A stretch of 40,421 nt of DNA, taken from Folioceros fuciformis (Eukaryota). Within the stretch, counting starts at the first letter, position 1; every line of letters starts with the position of its first letter. The stretch covers positions 72,725 to 113,145 of the forward strand of contig JBNGIO010006038.1 of the NCBI GenBank assembly GCA_049999805.1, in the 5' to 3' direction. The notes under the pieces were generated by a model. That model ran no database searches. It was not told the DNA's origin and saw nothing but the letters and a program-made list of their open reading frames with translations. A program made the translations under genes and the position numbers. Below are positions 1 through 11,500 of this stretch, piece after piece.

Positions 1-2
1 GC

Positions 3-482
3 GAAGAAGGCAGCAGCACAGATTCGGGAGCTGCCGCCAAGCTTACGGAAGGAGACACCGGGGAGGCACAAGCGCAGGAGGCAGGCAAGGCAGGGCGCAA
101 CAAGCGGAAAGGAGCTGGTGAAAAGCGCAAGAGAGCTTTGGCAAGCCCGGCCGTTCCGAATGCCAACGGCCAGAAATTCGTCGAGCTGCAGCGGGTGGTG
201 GCGGAAATGCGCCCCCCGGTGCTGCACACTCTGAGGACGCCCAACTTCCAGCACGGCAAGGCAGCGCAGAACATACGCAGGGCGCTGCGGGAGATCCGGA
301 CCCTGTGCAAGCAGATCCGATCTGAAACTGTGCTCATAGCCAAGCACACTCCCAAGAGAGCGTACGACGGGGAGATGGGGGTCGGGCTGGCCAGGTACCG
401 GCAGAAAATGGCAGCGGCAGCTCCGGCAGGAGATCTAGCAGATGCAGCTGCTGCCCCTGTTGTTGCTTCTCCTCCCAGATGA
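3..482 (+). CDS. 3' part of a gene (5' end outside window) encoding a basic NLS-like segment followed by a histone H1-like/Hc1-type two-helix domain
   Basis: Frame open from nt 3 (EEGSSTDSG...RNKRKGAGEKRKRALASP...) to TGA at 480-482; QKFVELQRVVAEM...GKAAQNIRRALREIRTLCKQIRSETVLIAK resembles the bacterial Hc1/'histone H1' pattern. Confidence 0.6.
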   Translation, partial: EEGSSTDSGAAAKLTEGDTGEAQAQEAGKAGRNKRKGAGEKRKRALASPAVPNANGQKFVELQRVVAEMRPPVLHTLRTPNFQHGKAAQNIRRALREIRTLCKQIRSETVLIAKHTPKRAYDGEMGVGLARYRQKMAAAAPAGDLADAAAAPVVASPPR

Positions 483-811
483 AACAGACCGGTCTTGTCG
501 ATGCATTGTTGCACATTGTGAAATAAAGTCTTTGCCAAGAGGGACAAAGAGATTGACACATTGCTGAGATCAATGAATTGTACAAAATCTGCGGAGCAGA
601 GAAAGGAGCTACCTGCAGACGATCACTACAACCTCAGCTTCAACATCTAGCCAACCCTACAACCCAGCTTATCATACCTTCTTCCCCCTATATAGTGAGC
701 ACAGGGGATTCACCCCAGACGTCGTTCTTGTTGACGACCTTCACAACATCAGGGGAATGTACAGCTACAAAACTGCGTTGGCCCGCCAGGGCAGAGCATC
801 TCCAGGCACTT

Positions 812-3795
812 TTAGACACAAGGAAGCTTTGAGAAAGCCAGGCGAATGGTGGACCCGTTGAAGTTACCAGCATGCTTGCAGACGAGGGCCTCAGTGGCCT
901 GCTCCTCGGTTTCGAACTGGACCAGTGCCTGCTTCTTGCCATTGGACTCGAACACTTTAGCATTCAGGATCGAACCATGCACAGCAAGATGCTGTGTTAT
1001 CTCCTCCACACTCACATCGGGTGGCAGGCTTGATACATGGATCATTTTCGTGGGAGCACAACAGTACCGATAGTTCTTCGCAGCATTGCGATTGAAGCGG
1101 TTCAGATTCGATGTCGAATAGTCATGAGTGTCTGGAGACGGGTTGATTTGGGAGTGTTTGGAGAAATTCACATCCATCCGTTTGCCGAAAAGAGTCACAC
1201 CCTACAAGTCCACCCATCAAATTATTAGCTTCCTTCCGGCTCTCCAAACAAACAGCTCTCAAATAACACAAACAAGACCGTCGCACAGACCTTGAGATAA
1301 GTGAACGCCAGCTCGGATTGAAACCCATCACCCATCTGTATGAGGGCGTGGTCAGGCTTGTTGTGGAGAAGTTTGATGCGCATGATGTTCCCATAGTTCG
1401 AGAAGAGATTGAAAAGCTTGTCGGCGTCCAATTTCTGAAACACCACCAATTTAAAGTCAATGACGTGCGCACACCACCAACTTCATCCCATGTTCTACGG
1501 AACAAGCTATGCAAAGACCACACGTACTTCAGGATTCAGATTCGAAACAAGAAGTGTGCTTCGATCATTTGTGCCTGTAATGCCAGCCGGAAGAACCCCT
1601 CCAAAAGCAGCAGCGGCAGCGGCTGCTGCAGCATTCCCCATCGGAACCTGGAGGCCAGACACCTCATAATCAGACTTGCCAAAGGGAGCTTGCGCGAACA
1701 CGTGATGACTCTATGATGAAGCAAATTACCGCTAAACTTGCATCTGTTACCTGGTAGGAATTCATGCCAATGCCCTGGGGAGGGCCACCAGACTGCTGAT
1801 AACCGGCTTCATGGCAAAGATGAGTCCCACACAATTGAGTCATTGAAGGCGGGGAAAGCATAACTTCTTGATGCGTGGGTGTTTCCAATAAGGACAATCC
1901 ATTTAAGTGCAGCTAAAAATAAAATATAGCCCCATCAACCAGGAGATGTAACTAAAGAGAATACCTGGCATTCCTGGTCGCGGTCCACCCCCCATGCTGT
2001 AAATATTACCACCCTCACCAAAAAGAGAAGTCTAAGCAATAGAAATCGGGAACCAGTCAGTCCACTTGCGAGTGGAACAGTCACATGAAAAACACAAATG
2101 GCGAAACACTACTTCAGAAAGATGCACACGTACTACCATGACGTTGTTATTCAGAGGATTGCCAACAGGCCGTGATTGTTCAGACGGCAATTGTGCATTT
2201 GTAAAATCCCTGTAGTTTAATAGAGGAGGAGGCATCATTTCCTAGGCACATTGGCATCTCTATGGCTGTTCTTCAATCGAGCAATGAGCACTCATCATGT
2301 GAGGAATGAGAAGAAAAGTACCTGGTCCTCTCATTGTTATAATTAACTTGTAGTTCTTGAAGGCTGGAGACACAAAAAAGGAGAGGAAGATGAGCACTTC
2401 AGACGCCCACGACTAAATGCTGATGAAACGTTGCCAACCCAGGACCTTACTTAGAAAATTGAATGTCCAGGGTACAACAGCCATCGTAAATGTTGCGGCC
2501 CTGTTCCATGAAACAAGTAAACCATAAGATTGTGAAGTACAATGCTGTTATCACCATACAGAACATAGTAAGGTGACAGTCAAAAGGTGACCTACTTGTA
2601 AGGTGCTTCGCGCTTGAGTGGCACTGAGCTGGGACGAATACTGCAGCAATGCTTGCAGTCCTGCAAGGGCAAGTCACATTCACAAAGTCTACAGTTGAGT
2701 CTAATACACAGTCATCCCTGGGCAAAATTGGGCAGAAGCGCATGAAGCAGCCCAAGTTCAGTAGCCTCAGGAGACAGGAGCAGAGTACCGATGTGCCTTA
2801 CTAACCCTGGTCATATAGAAGAAGAGAAAGGCAAGATAGATGTAGAGAAGCAAGAGAGGAGACGAGAGAGAAGCTGACCAGCTGACTTCTGGAACGTGAC
2901 GATCTTCTCGACAAAGCCATGAGGGGAAAACACTTGGTGCAGCACATCCACGGTAATAGGATAGAGCGGGTTGTGAATAGTGATTAAGAGAATTCGATTG
3001 GGCTGCAGTTCCTGAAGAAGGCCCAAATGTAGCCAGCAAAGAAGGAGCCAGGACGACGGAGAAGAGAGGACAGGGGTGAGAGAGAGCGAGTACTAAAGCA
3101 GCCTCCTGGAGGCGAAAAGAGAGCACAGAAGACAGCCAGCATGCGGAGAGAAAGAGTAACCATAAAGTTTGGGAAAGAGTTGAGAGCAAGGGGACGGACA
3201 TTCAACTCAGCTTGGACGCCGGCAAACGCATACCTGGTCATTGCTCTGCCGCCGCGGCTGTCCAGGTTGGTCCATCGTAGTAAGCTCCTGGTGCGACGAG
3301 AACTGCATGTAGACATTCCGGCCCCTGCGAAATTCCACATTTTCACATTTCCGCCCCTCCCATTTCGCCTCCACAACACACCACACCACACCAAGTTTCG
3401 AAACCGCACCTCACGGTCGGCTGCACCGTAGAATAGTACTGCATAACGTTGATTGCGCACTGTATATCCTGCATCTGGAGCAAAGCCTGCAGGACACCGT
3501 ACCCAAACCCACGCGTAAGCTACATACCCTCGGATGGCAGAACCAGGCTAGCTGGGCCAAACACAGCCATGCACCTGATTCTTTGCCCGCAGCATAACTA
3601 CCCTTTGCACCATTCCGAACGACTGCGCCAGTTGCAAGAGATCATGCTGCACAGAAAAGCAGGACGAGGCAGGGGTCAGGCGGCCGCGCCGTCTCAGGAT
3701 GCCAGCATTTGCGCTTTCCTCAGCAAGCCAGGGCTCACCTCGGATATCTCCGGCCCCACGTTTCGTATGTGCAGCACCTTGGACGGCTCAGTCAT
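812..3795 (-). CDS. PTB3: Polypyrimidine tract-binding protein homolog 3 (4 RRMs), 14 exons, ~478 aa
   Basis: Exons 3795-3739, 3646-3575, 3486-3410, 3324-3234, 3011-2879, 2660-2596, 2500-2451, 2363-2322, 2209-2137, 2031-1965, 1806-1751, 1647-1528, 1434-1291, 1201-812; all GT-AG, total 1437 nt in frame. Peptides MTEPSKVLHIRNVG, GRNVYMQFSSHQEL, PNRILLITIH, GRNIYDGCC, GITGTNDRSTLLVSNL, NLNRFNRNAAKNYRYCC match plant PTB3. Confidence 0.95.
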
Positions 3796-4308
3796 GTTGC
3801 CTGCAAGCCACCAGGCAGCCCGGCGCTCGCTCACCGTGCGGCAGCGGCCAGACCGCGCTTAGGGCAGGGCAAGGTCCGTGGCAGGTGCTCGAGCCTTTGG
3901 CACTGCCGGCAACGGAGGAGCAGACGGGCGTGTCGTCGTTGCTCGCTTTGCTGTGTTTCCTCGTATGTCCATAGCGGGTGCCGGTGCCCGCATCTCCCTC
4001 CCGCCCGCCATCTTTTTTATTTTTCACTTCCTTTTTTCACCCGGACCTGTTTCCTTTTCTAACTTCTTTCACCCTGGTTGCCTTACTTATTTCGACTTGG
4101 CCACCTCCGCCTACTGGCTATGGTATATATAAGATCCTCGCACCGCCGGGTCGTGGCGCACAGGCTTCTGCAATCTCCGGCCTTAGTTGGTGGCGAGACC
4201 CCTGGGAATTCGCGTATCCTGGGCCGAGCTTCGCGTCCTGCGTGCTTGGTCCCGGCTAATCCGAGATAGAGTTTTTCTGAGGCGACTCGAGGAATCTGAC
4301 AGGGCATC
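3796..4308. promoter_or_regulatory. Short divergent intergenic region (probable bidirectional promoter) between PTB3 and PEX13
   Basis: ~510 bp between head-to-head start codons; TATATATAA at ~4124-4132; pyrimidine-rich patch 3990-4100. Confidence 0.5.
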
Positions 4309-5674
4309 ATGTCGGGTGAGTTGATTGCTCGTTGCTTGGCTCGTGTTTGCGGTGGCTTGTTATGGAGGCGAATGACATGTGTTTCCGGGCGCCGGTGGGA
4401 GGAACGCGTGTTTTGAGTGAGCTGAAATTGCTGATCGTGGCCGTTTGAGCTCAGCAGGAGAGCTAGGGCTGTGGGATTGTTGTGGTTGAATGGTAGATCG
4501 TGGAACGTCGGGGAATTGGAAGGGGAGCTGATGGGATGTGTTGCAGGCCGTCCGCCGAAACCCTGGGAGCGAGCTGGAGGAACTCATGCAGCAGCTGCTG
4601 CTCCTGCTGATTCCGGAGCTGCCTCGACCAGTGAGGTGAAGCCCGGAGAGAGCCAGATTGCGGCGGGGACAGGAGTCAGTAGCCCGAATGTCGCGGGCAG
4701 GCCCATGCCACCGAGGCCCTGGGAACGACCGAATGTGGGTGAGTGATGGCTGTCTGCTGCACTTGGACATGAGATGGTGTTTGTGGCAGTGCTGATGCTT
4801 TTTATTGCATTTGATTCAGGAGGATATGGAGGTTACAGTAGCACAGTCGGAGGTTATGGTAGCACATTGGGAGGTTATGGTAGCGCTGGGTATGGAGGTA
4901 TAACACCTTACAATCGTCAAACGTATGGGAGTTATGGAGGGGGTTACGGTTCTGGATACGGAGGCTATGGTGCCGGAGGAATGTATGGCAATAATATGTA
5001 CAACCGGTATGGATCGTATGGGGGTATGTCTGGTATTGGGTACGGCGGGGGAATGATGGGAGGTCCCTACGGTGGCGGCCTTTTGGACCCGAACAATCCG
5101 AACGGACCTGGTGGTCCGCCTCCGCGGGCACCCAGTTTCTGGCAGACCATGTTGCGTGTGGTACGTGCAGACAGACTCTGCTCGTGTACTGCGAACCCTA
5201 TTCTGCAAGAACGGGGAGTCCTCTCCAACCGCTAGGAGGGAAATTCTGATAAATGTTTCTGTTGTTCACTCAGCTGCATGGGGTCGTCTGTGTCTTTGGA
5301 CGAATAACAATGCTGGTTGATGAGAATACGCAAGCTTTCCACTTCTTCATCACTGCCCTTTTACAGGTACTCCACTGGTTGCACGAGGATCGAAGTCAGG
5401 CTTTTGTCAATTTGAATCGACTGGTTGCACGAGGATCGAAGTCAGGCTTTTGTCAATTTGAATTCTAACACTGTTGGTGCTGCTTTCACAGTTAGCAGAT
5501 CGAGCTGGATTGCTGTATGGTGAGTTGGCACGGTTTGTCTTCAGGTTACTGGGCATCCGAACAAGGAAACGGAAGGGTGACGCCTCTGAGTCGAAAGGTC
5601 CAGAAAGAGTTTTGTCACTTGATGATAAGCCACATCACGAAGGTGGCGGGTGGGACAATGTGTGGGGAGGTTAG
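4309..5674 (+). CDS. PEX13: Peroxin 13 (plant-type peroxisomal docking protein)
   Basis: Exons 4309-4315, 4547-4738, 4820-5160, 5274-5366, 5492-5674; [17 protein letters not shown], long G/Y-rich tract, [39 protein letters not shown]-terminal WDNVWG. Confidence 0.92.
5374..5463 (+). repeat. Perfect 44-bp direct duplication inside the last PEX13 intron
   Basis: actggttgcacgaggatcgaagtcaggcttttgtcaatttgaat at 5374-5417 and 5420-5463. Confidence 0.95.
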
Positions 5675-6009
5675 TAGTTAAGGGCCAGCGTCGAGAGCAT
5701 TTTCTTTCGCTGGTTAGGAGTAGTCAGTACCCCTACCATCGTCAAATGTACTATACCGAGATGTTATTCCTCTCCTGGCTTTGCTTCATCATAAGGTGCG
5801 TGTACATACTGACTGTACACGCAGTGCTTGCGAACATCGATGAATGAGTGTCGAATCACAAAACGATTCATGTATGGATGATGCCCTGAGGGGTCATACT
5901 AATTCGATAAAAGGTTTAACGGTATCAATGCGCAATGTGAAAGCCTGTTCCACTGTGCACGGCTTATGCTGCGTTTGTTGCGCAGTAGCTTTCCCGACCT
6001 CTAACGTCA

Positions 6010-7783
6010 TCACGCCATCCTTGGAGAGGCGTTTTGCAGAGCATTAAGCATCAGCATGGCACCGAGAAAGTTTACTGCACCCAACTGCCATGCCCAAGAA
6101 TCTCAGAATATACTGATTGGCGATGGCAATGGCAATGGCAATAAACGGAACTGCATTTCCGACAGACTCACCAGAAGAAGAGGGGGCGATATGGCACCTA
6201 TCGAAACAAGCCAGCAGAAACTGAAGAACAAGAACTGCCAATGAAGAACAGAAAGATGCGTCAATGACATGCGTGTCATGCCGCAGTGGCTTTGAAATCG
6301 AAAACGACGTGCAAGCGATGGCTTAAGGCTTACCATCCTCCCCACTACTGTGGACAGGTAGAAAGCATCTGCACCATTCATGCCCTGTACATCACCCAGA
6401 GCAGTGCCGATGTAGTAGACTCCAAAGACCTACAGCCACCACCCCATTTGATCACGTCATTCCTCTGAAGACAGCTGTGCGTTTATTGCAACACAGCACC
6501 TGCCAGAAAGTGCTGTTGTTGCATACCACAGCAAGGATGGCTCCAACTTGAATCCAGCCAACAGAGACGCTGTGAAGGTCAAAGAGAAGACCTGCAATAC
6601 TTCAATCTCGTTATGACAAGTGATGAGCCAAGGATAAGGCAGCCGAACAGGATACTGCGATAGGCTACTCACCAAAGATTTTCTTGGGAAACAGGAGAGT
6701 TGCAAATCCAAGAATTGAGATGTAACACCCTGTGAACAAAGCTATTTGTGCTGGCCTTCGCATTTTGTCCACAGTCCAGCCCTTCTCCAATCTCTGAGTG
6801 CTCCTCATCCTTCCCATTCGTCGTGTTCCAACCATTAGCAGGTCTGCAATGGCTTCTTCGCTCACATTGAACTTGTCAAAGCGCTGTTCTGATGCTGGCC
6901 GAATGCTGCAGTCATGGAGAGGGGAAGCAGGTCATACACCATTCATGCCACCGGAACTCCACCTCCAAAGGGCTCCTGACATCCGAAAGAGAGACGCTAC
7001 ATCAAGGCTTACAAGGAGGTAAAAGGACTGCTGCTTTTACCAAATCACCCCATCCTTTGACAACGATGCCACTTCAGGGTGAGGAGCAACCTCTCCATCG
7101 GGACCAGCTGCCATTTTGTCAGAGATTCGAATCTCGTCAGGCGCCATGCTAAGAGCCACAATGACGGCATTACTATCACCCGACCTCCCGGCATGAGCAT
7201 CTCCCAGAAGCCGACCCAGAACGATCACATCTCCATCTGCCACAACATGACCTCCCCTATTTACATCACCCATGACCTGTTACAGAATAGAAACATGGCA
7301 TTAAAGCCAACAACACAATCAATTGACGAACCAGTAGCGCCATCCTTTGTCTCAGAACCATAAGTCGTGACTTACTACGATAGTGCCTGGATGCTCCACA
7401 AATTCTCCGAACCGAATTGTTCTTCTGATGTACAGGCAAGGAGCCCCTTGAGCTGCTTCTTTGGATTTTTGCTTCTCCTTGGGTGCAGTCACCTGATGAA
7501 GCCAGAACCACGGAAGATCAGGTTTGCCATAAACCTGGAACTCCGGCTTCCTATTCCAGAAGCCCGAGCCTCCTCCTGCTTGCGCCCTCGGAACATGTCT
7601 CTGTTCCGCCATCGTTCTTCTTCCGGACCAAGTCCCCACCGTCTCTCCGCCACACGCATCACTCAACCATGGTCCACTCCTGAGACCTAGAGGCACCTGC
7701 GCACTTCTAATTCTACTGGCGCTACACCCGAATGCGGCCTGATCCAGGCGACACTCGACTGGCAGCGGGAGCTGGGAAGACAT
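6010..7783 (-). CDS. MinC-like protein: putative transit peptide + MinC C-terminal beta-helix domain + C-terminal 4-TM membrane domain, ~391 aa
   Basis: Exons 7783-7376, 7276-7041, 6905-6673, 6591-6527, 6429-6334, 6234-6172, 6084-6010 (1176 nt, in frame, GT-AG). LYIRRTIRFGEFVEHPGTIVVMGDVNRGGHVVADGDVIVLGRLLGDAHAG...AVIVALSMAPDEIRIS...PEVA is the MinC_C signature; start codon choice uncertain (in-frame ATG also at 7918). Confidence 0.85.
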
Positions 7784-8505
7784 GGCAGACCCGCATCCCA
7801 CTCTGCCTGTGAGCTGCCGCCACGCAAGAAGGCTAGGCTCCGGTATTGATGAAAACTCTTCCCGGGCCTGTGTCTTGATGAAGTCGTTGCCCCACGCAAT
7901 GTGCACAGTCCGGGCCATGGCTGCTACTTCAAACGTCTCACTGGATGTTGTTCTGCCGTAGTTCAGGTTCTTTGTCCACACACTTCAATCTGGTTACAAA
8001 AATCTCATGCCTGTGCATCTCAAGAAGAGCGACGTTGGCTGTTCCAGAGCCGATGCCGATGTCTGTGTACGAGATGATCGGGATCGCTGACAGATAGCCA
8101 AAGGTTGCTGACATCCCCAACGAAGTTTTTCTTCACTGAGAGTGGACTTACCCTGAGTTTTCAGCCAGCGATGATATGGCGTTGGGTGATCGGATAGCAG
8201 TCCACTCTGCTTTCTTTTTTTGGTTTCATTACGTCACAAAGCCCAAAGGCATAACTAGGCGTGTCCTGAGCAGACAAAGAGTCCGGTAATACTCCCTCCA
8301 AGATGGCATGTCAAGGAGTCTGGCCACCGACTTTCCTTTCGTCCAATAGGCATGGAGGCTTCAACCGCAGCAGCACAGTTGTGTACCAGCCGCAGCAACT
8401 CTGACTCGTCACGAACTGGACAAGTAAATACCATCAAGGGTGAGCGATGTCGTCAAACTGACATCAGGGGGATGGGCGACTGTTTGTGGACAGCTGTCAC
8501 TGACG

Positions 8506-11500
8506 TCAAGAAGAATTGGTCTCGTATGGATGAGACAGCCAAGGATGTTTCAGTGCCTCAGAGGAGCTTGGACGCTTCTCTGGATTGATCTGTAAAAGGA
8601 AACCGACAAAATTGACAAATCCTTGATCTCCCATACGCAAGCGGTGTGCTAGCGACGTCTTCTTGGGCAAAAGATACTCCAACTGGTCCGTGTCCTGCAG
8701 AGAAGCAGCCGTCTCATGTGACCCCGAGCAGTTCATCAGGGGAAACCCTCTTGCGACCAAGGGGGATGGGACATGGCACACTAAATGCAGTCCCTAAACA
8801 CGAACATTTTCAGGGCATAAAGGAAGTATACTCACCGGATTCCGCTCATACAGAGTGTGATTTCTTGTAAAGTACTTGTGGGTGTCATGTCCTCTAGCAA
8901 GCATATCAGGGTCGAATGGCCCAAGAATACCCACCACTCTTGCAAGCAAAGTCGCAATAGAATCATTCTGGAAAAGTACCTGCATCGACCCACAACTTCA
9001 GGGGGGAATCTAGATGTTTACGTCCGTTGAGTTCTCACCCGATCTATCACAACAGGAAATGGAAGAAAGGGGTGGAACTTACGTTCCCAGAACAAAGCTC
9101 TGCCAGTATGCAGCCCAGAGACCAGATGTCTATCTTCTGGTCATAGGGGAGTCCTATGATGACTTCGGGTGCGCGGTAGGACCGTGACTGCACGTAAGAG
9201 CAAAGATGGTCCGTTTGAAAGCAGCTACTGCCAAGGTCAATCACCTTGACCTCGCAGCGGCTATAGCTCTTGACCAAAATGTTTTCAGGCTTCAAATCGC
9301 AGTGGATGAGACCCAAACCATGAATGAATTCCAGCGCCTCTAGACATTGTCGCGTGATAGACTGCAAATAAGCACAAGGTACAAATTCAACACGTAAGAG
9401 GAGAATACAATGAGAAGCGAATGAAATCAGACATCCACTCCAAATGAGTGATAGTCTGCAGATGAGCGCAAGCTACGACCTCAACATGTAAGAGGCCAAT
9501 ACAATGAGAAGGGATGAAATCAGATATCCACTCCAAATTAACCACGCAAATCCCTACATCAACAGAAAGTATGCTCACCTGCAATCTATGCATTGTAAAA
9601 TATACCTCACCTCCGGACTCCCTATTGTACTTGTGAAACTCATAAAGATTTGCACGCAATAGCTCGCACACAATAAACAGGTGCTCCTGTTCTTGCATTT
9701 CGTTAAAAACTTGCCAAGGCGCTTCCTCTTAATCTCATAGAAACACATGTAATTCACACGAATGTGCAACACTTACTCGGTGATAGAAATAGTCATAGAG
9801 CCGCAGGACATGATACTTGTCAGCAGGATCGTTTTTGTTGATGAACTTGAGGAGCTTGATTTCATCAAGACTCTGATCAAAAAAATCTTTGTTATTCTTA
9901 ATAATCTTCATGCAGACATCCATTCCCGTTTGCAAGTCGTGAGCTTGAATTGCTCTGCTGAAAGCTGCTGCTCCTAAATACTCTGTCACTTGATAGCGCC
10001 CAGCTATCACCGAATTTATAACAACGGGGAACTCCTTGTCTTCCTCGAATCCAGTCCTACAAGACACTTAGCTTATCACTGGGTATTAGATGGTAAAAAG
10101 TTTTCACGACAAAGCATACACAGGCTACAATACCTTCAGTACATCTTTTACACGTTCTGGTGAATGCACCTCAGAATTGCACAAGCAGAAATGTCAAGGG
10201 CATGACACTTGTATGCGCACTCAAGTCTTCAATGGGATGAGTGGGCATCCCAGTGTCATGTCCTTGAACCAGAAAGACCATGCACACCATGCCGCAGCTT
10301 CTGCCTAATCCTGAAAGACCATGAAAAACAAAGACAACAGCTTTTGCAGACAACTCCCTTACTTATTTTTTCGATGCACTATTTTCAGATGAAACGTCTC
10401 AAACTCTTCTTCCTCCAGTTGTGGGTGTTTTTGGAACAACGTTCCAGCTCGAGGAGCCCGGGAGATCTGATGCAGGTCCCCATCCTCGTGCTCAAGCTTT
10501 TCTGTCCTCAGTTTCTCCTGCTCCTCTTGCTTTTTGTCTACAAGCAGTTGCGCATCGCTTTGACCTTGCCTGAGAGTTAGTGATAGCGCTAGATCCAACT
10601 CCAGCTCTTTACCCGGGTCATCCTGTCTCCTATTCTCAGGATCCTGCTCTGCCCCTTGCTCCAGCCTGTCTGTCAAACCCTGTTCACGACCTTGACCGAG
10701 ACTCTTCCTCTGCCTCTGGTCTTGCTCCTGCCGCTCCTCTTCCTTCTGCACTTGCCCCTGCCCAGACCACAGCCGTAGCGGGCCCTGCCCATCCTTTTCC
10801 AGCCCCGGCACCTCACCATGCCCTCGTCCCTGCTCCTCCTCATGCCTCTGAACTTCACCTAACTCTTGCCTTGCTCCGGTGCCTGCCGCTGGCCCCGGGC
10901 CCAGCCGATCTTCACCAGGTCCGTGTCCCGAACCCTGGGCTGTCGCATGCCATGGCCCCGTCTCTTGACCCTGTCCTTGCTCACCTCCAGAAACATCCCT
11001 TGCGTCATCCATATGAGCTTGACCAACCGTAGATAGACTTAAAAGAGCCTCAGTCGTAGAGGCAGCAAGAGGGCCGGACTCCGTGCTCAGCCGCCTCCAT
11101 GAAGCCAACGTGCGATCAGGTGCTATGATACCATCCCCAAAGCTGGTGCTTTGCGTCGTCACAGTTGTCAGGTCCTTCACTGCCCATGGGGAACTCTTCA
11201 AGTCTGCATTCAGCATCACAGTAGTTTCACCGGGTCCACAAGGCGGGGAGAACGAAAACCCTTCAAATCCAGAGGCCTCACCAACTTCTTGCTGGTGCTT
11301 GACCTTCACCGACGGGTCAGCCACAAGTCTTGCCCGCTCTGTCATGCACCACTCATGAACGCATGGTTCCACGCAAACACTGGGAACACTCTCCCCTCCA
11401 TCCAGTGGCGGTCCCACTAGTCTGCCTTGCTCATCAACAGCTTGTGCCTGCGAACTCCTGCTCTTCCAAAGTGCAAACCCGCCAGCCCTGGACCCTCCTG

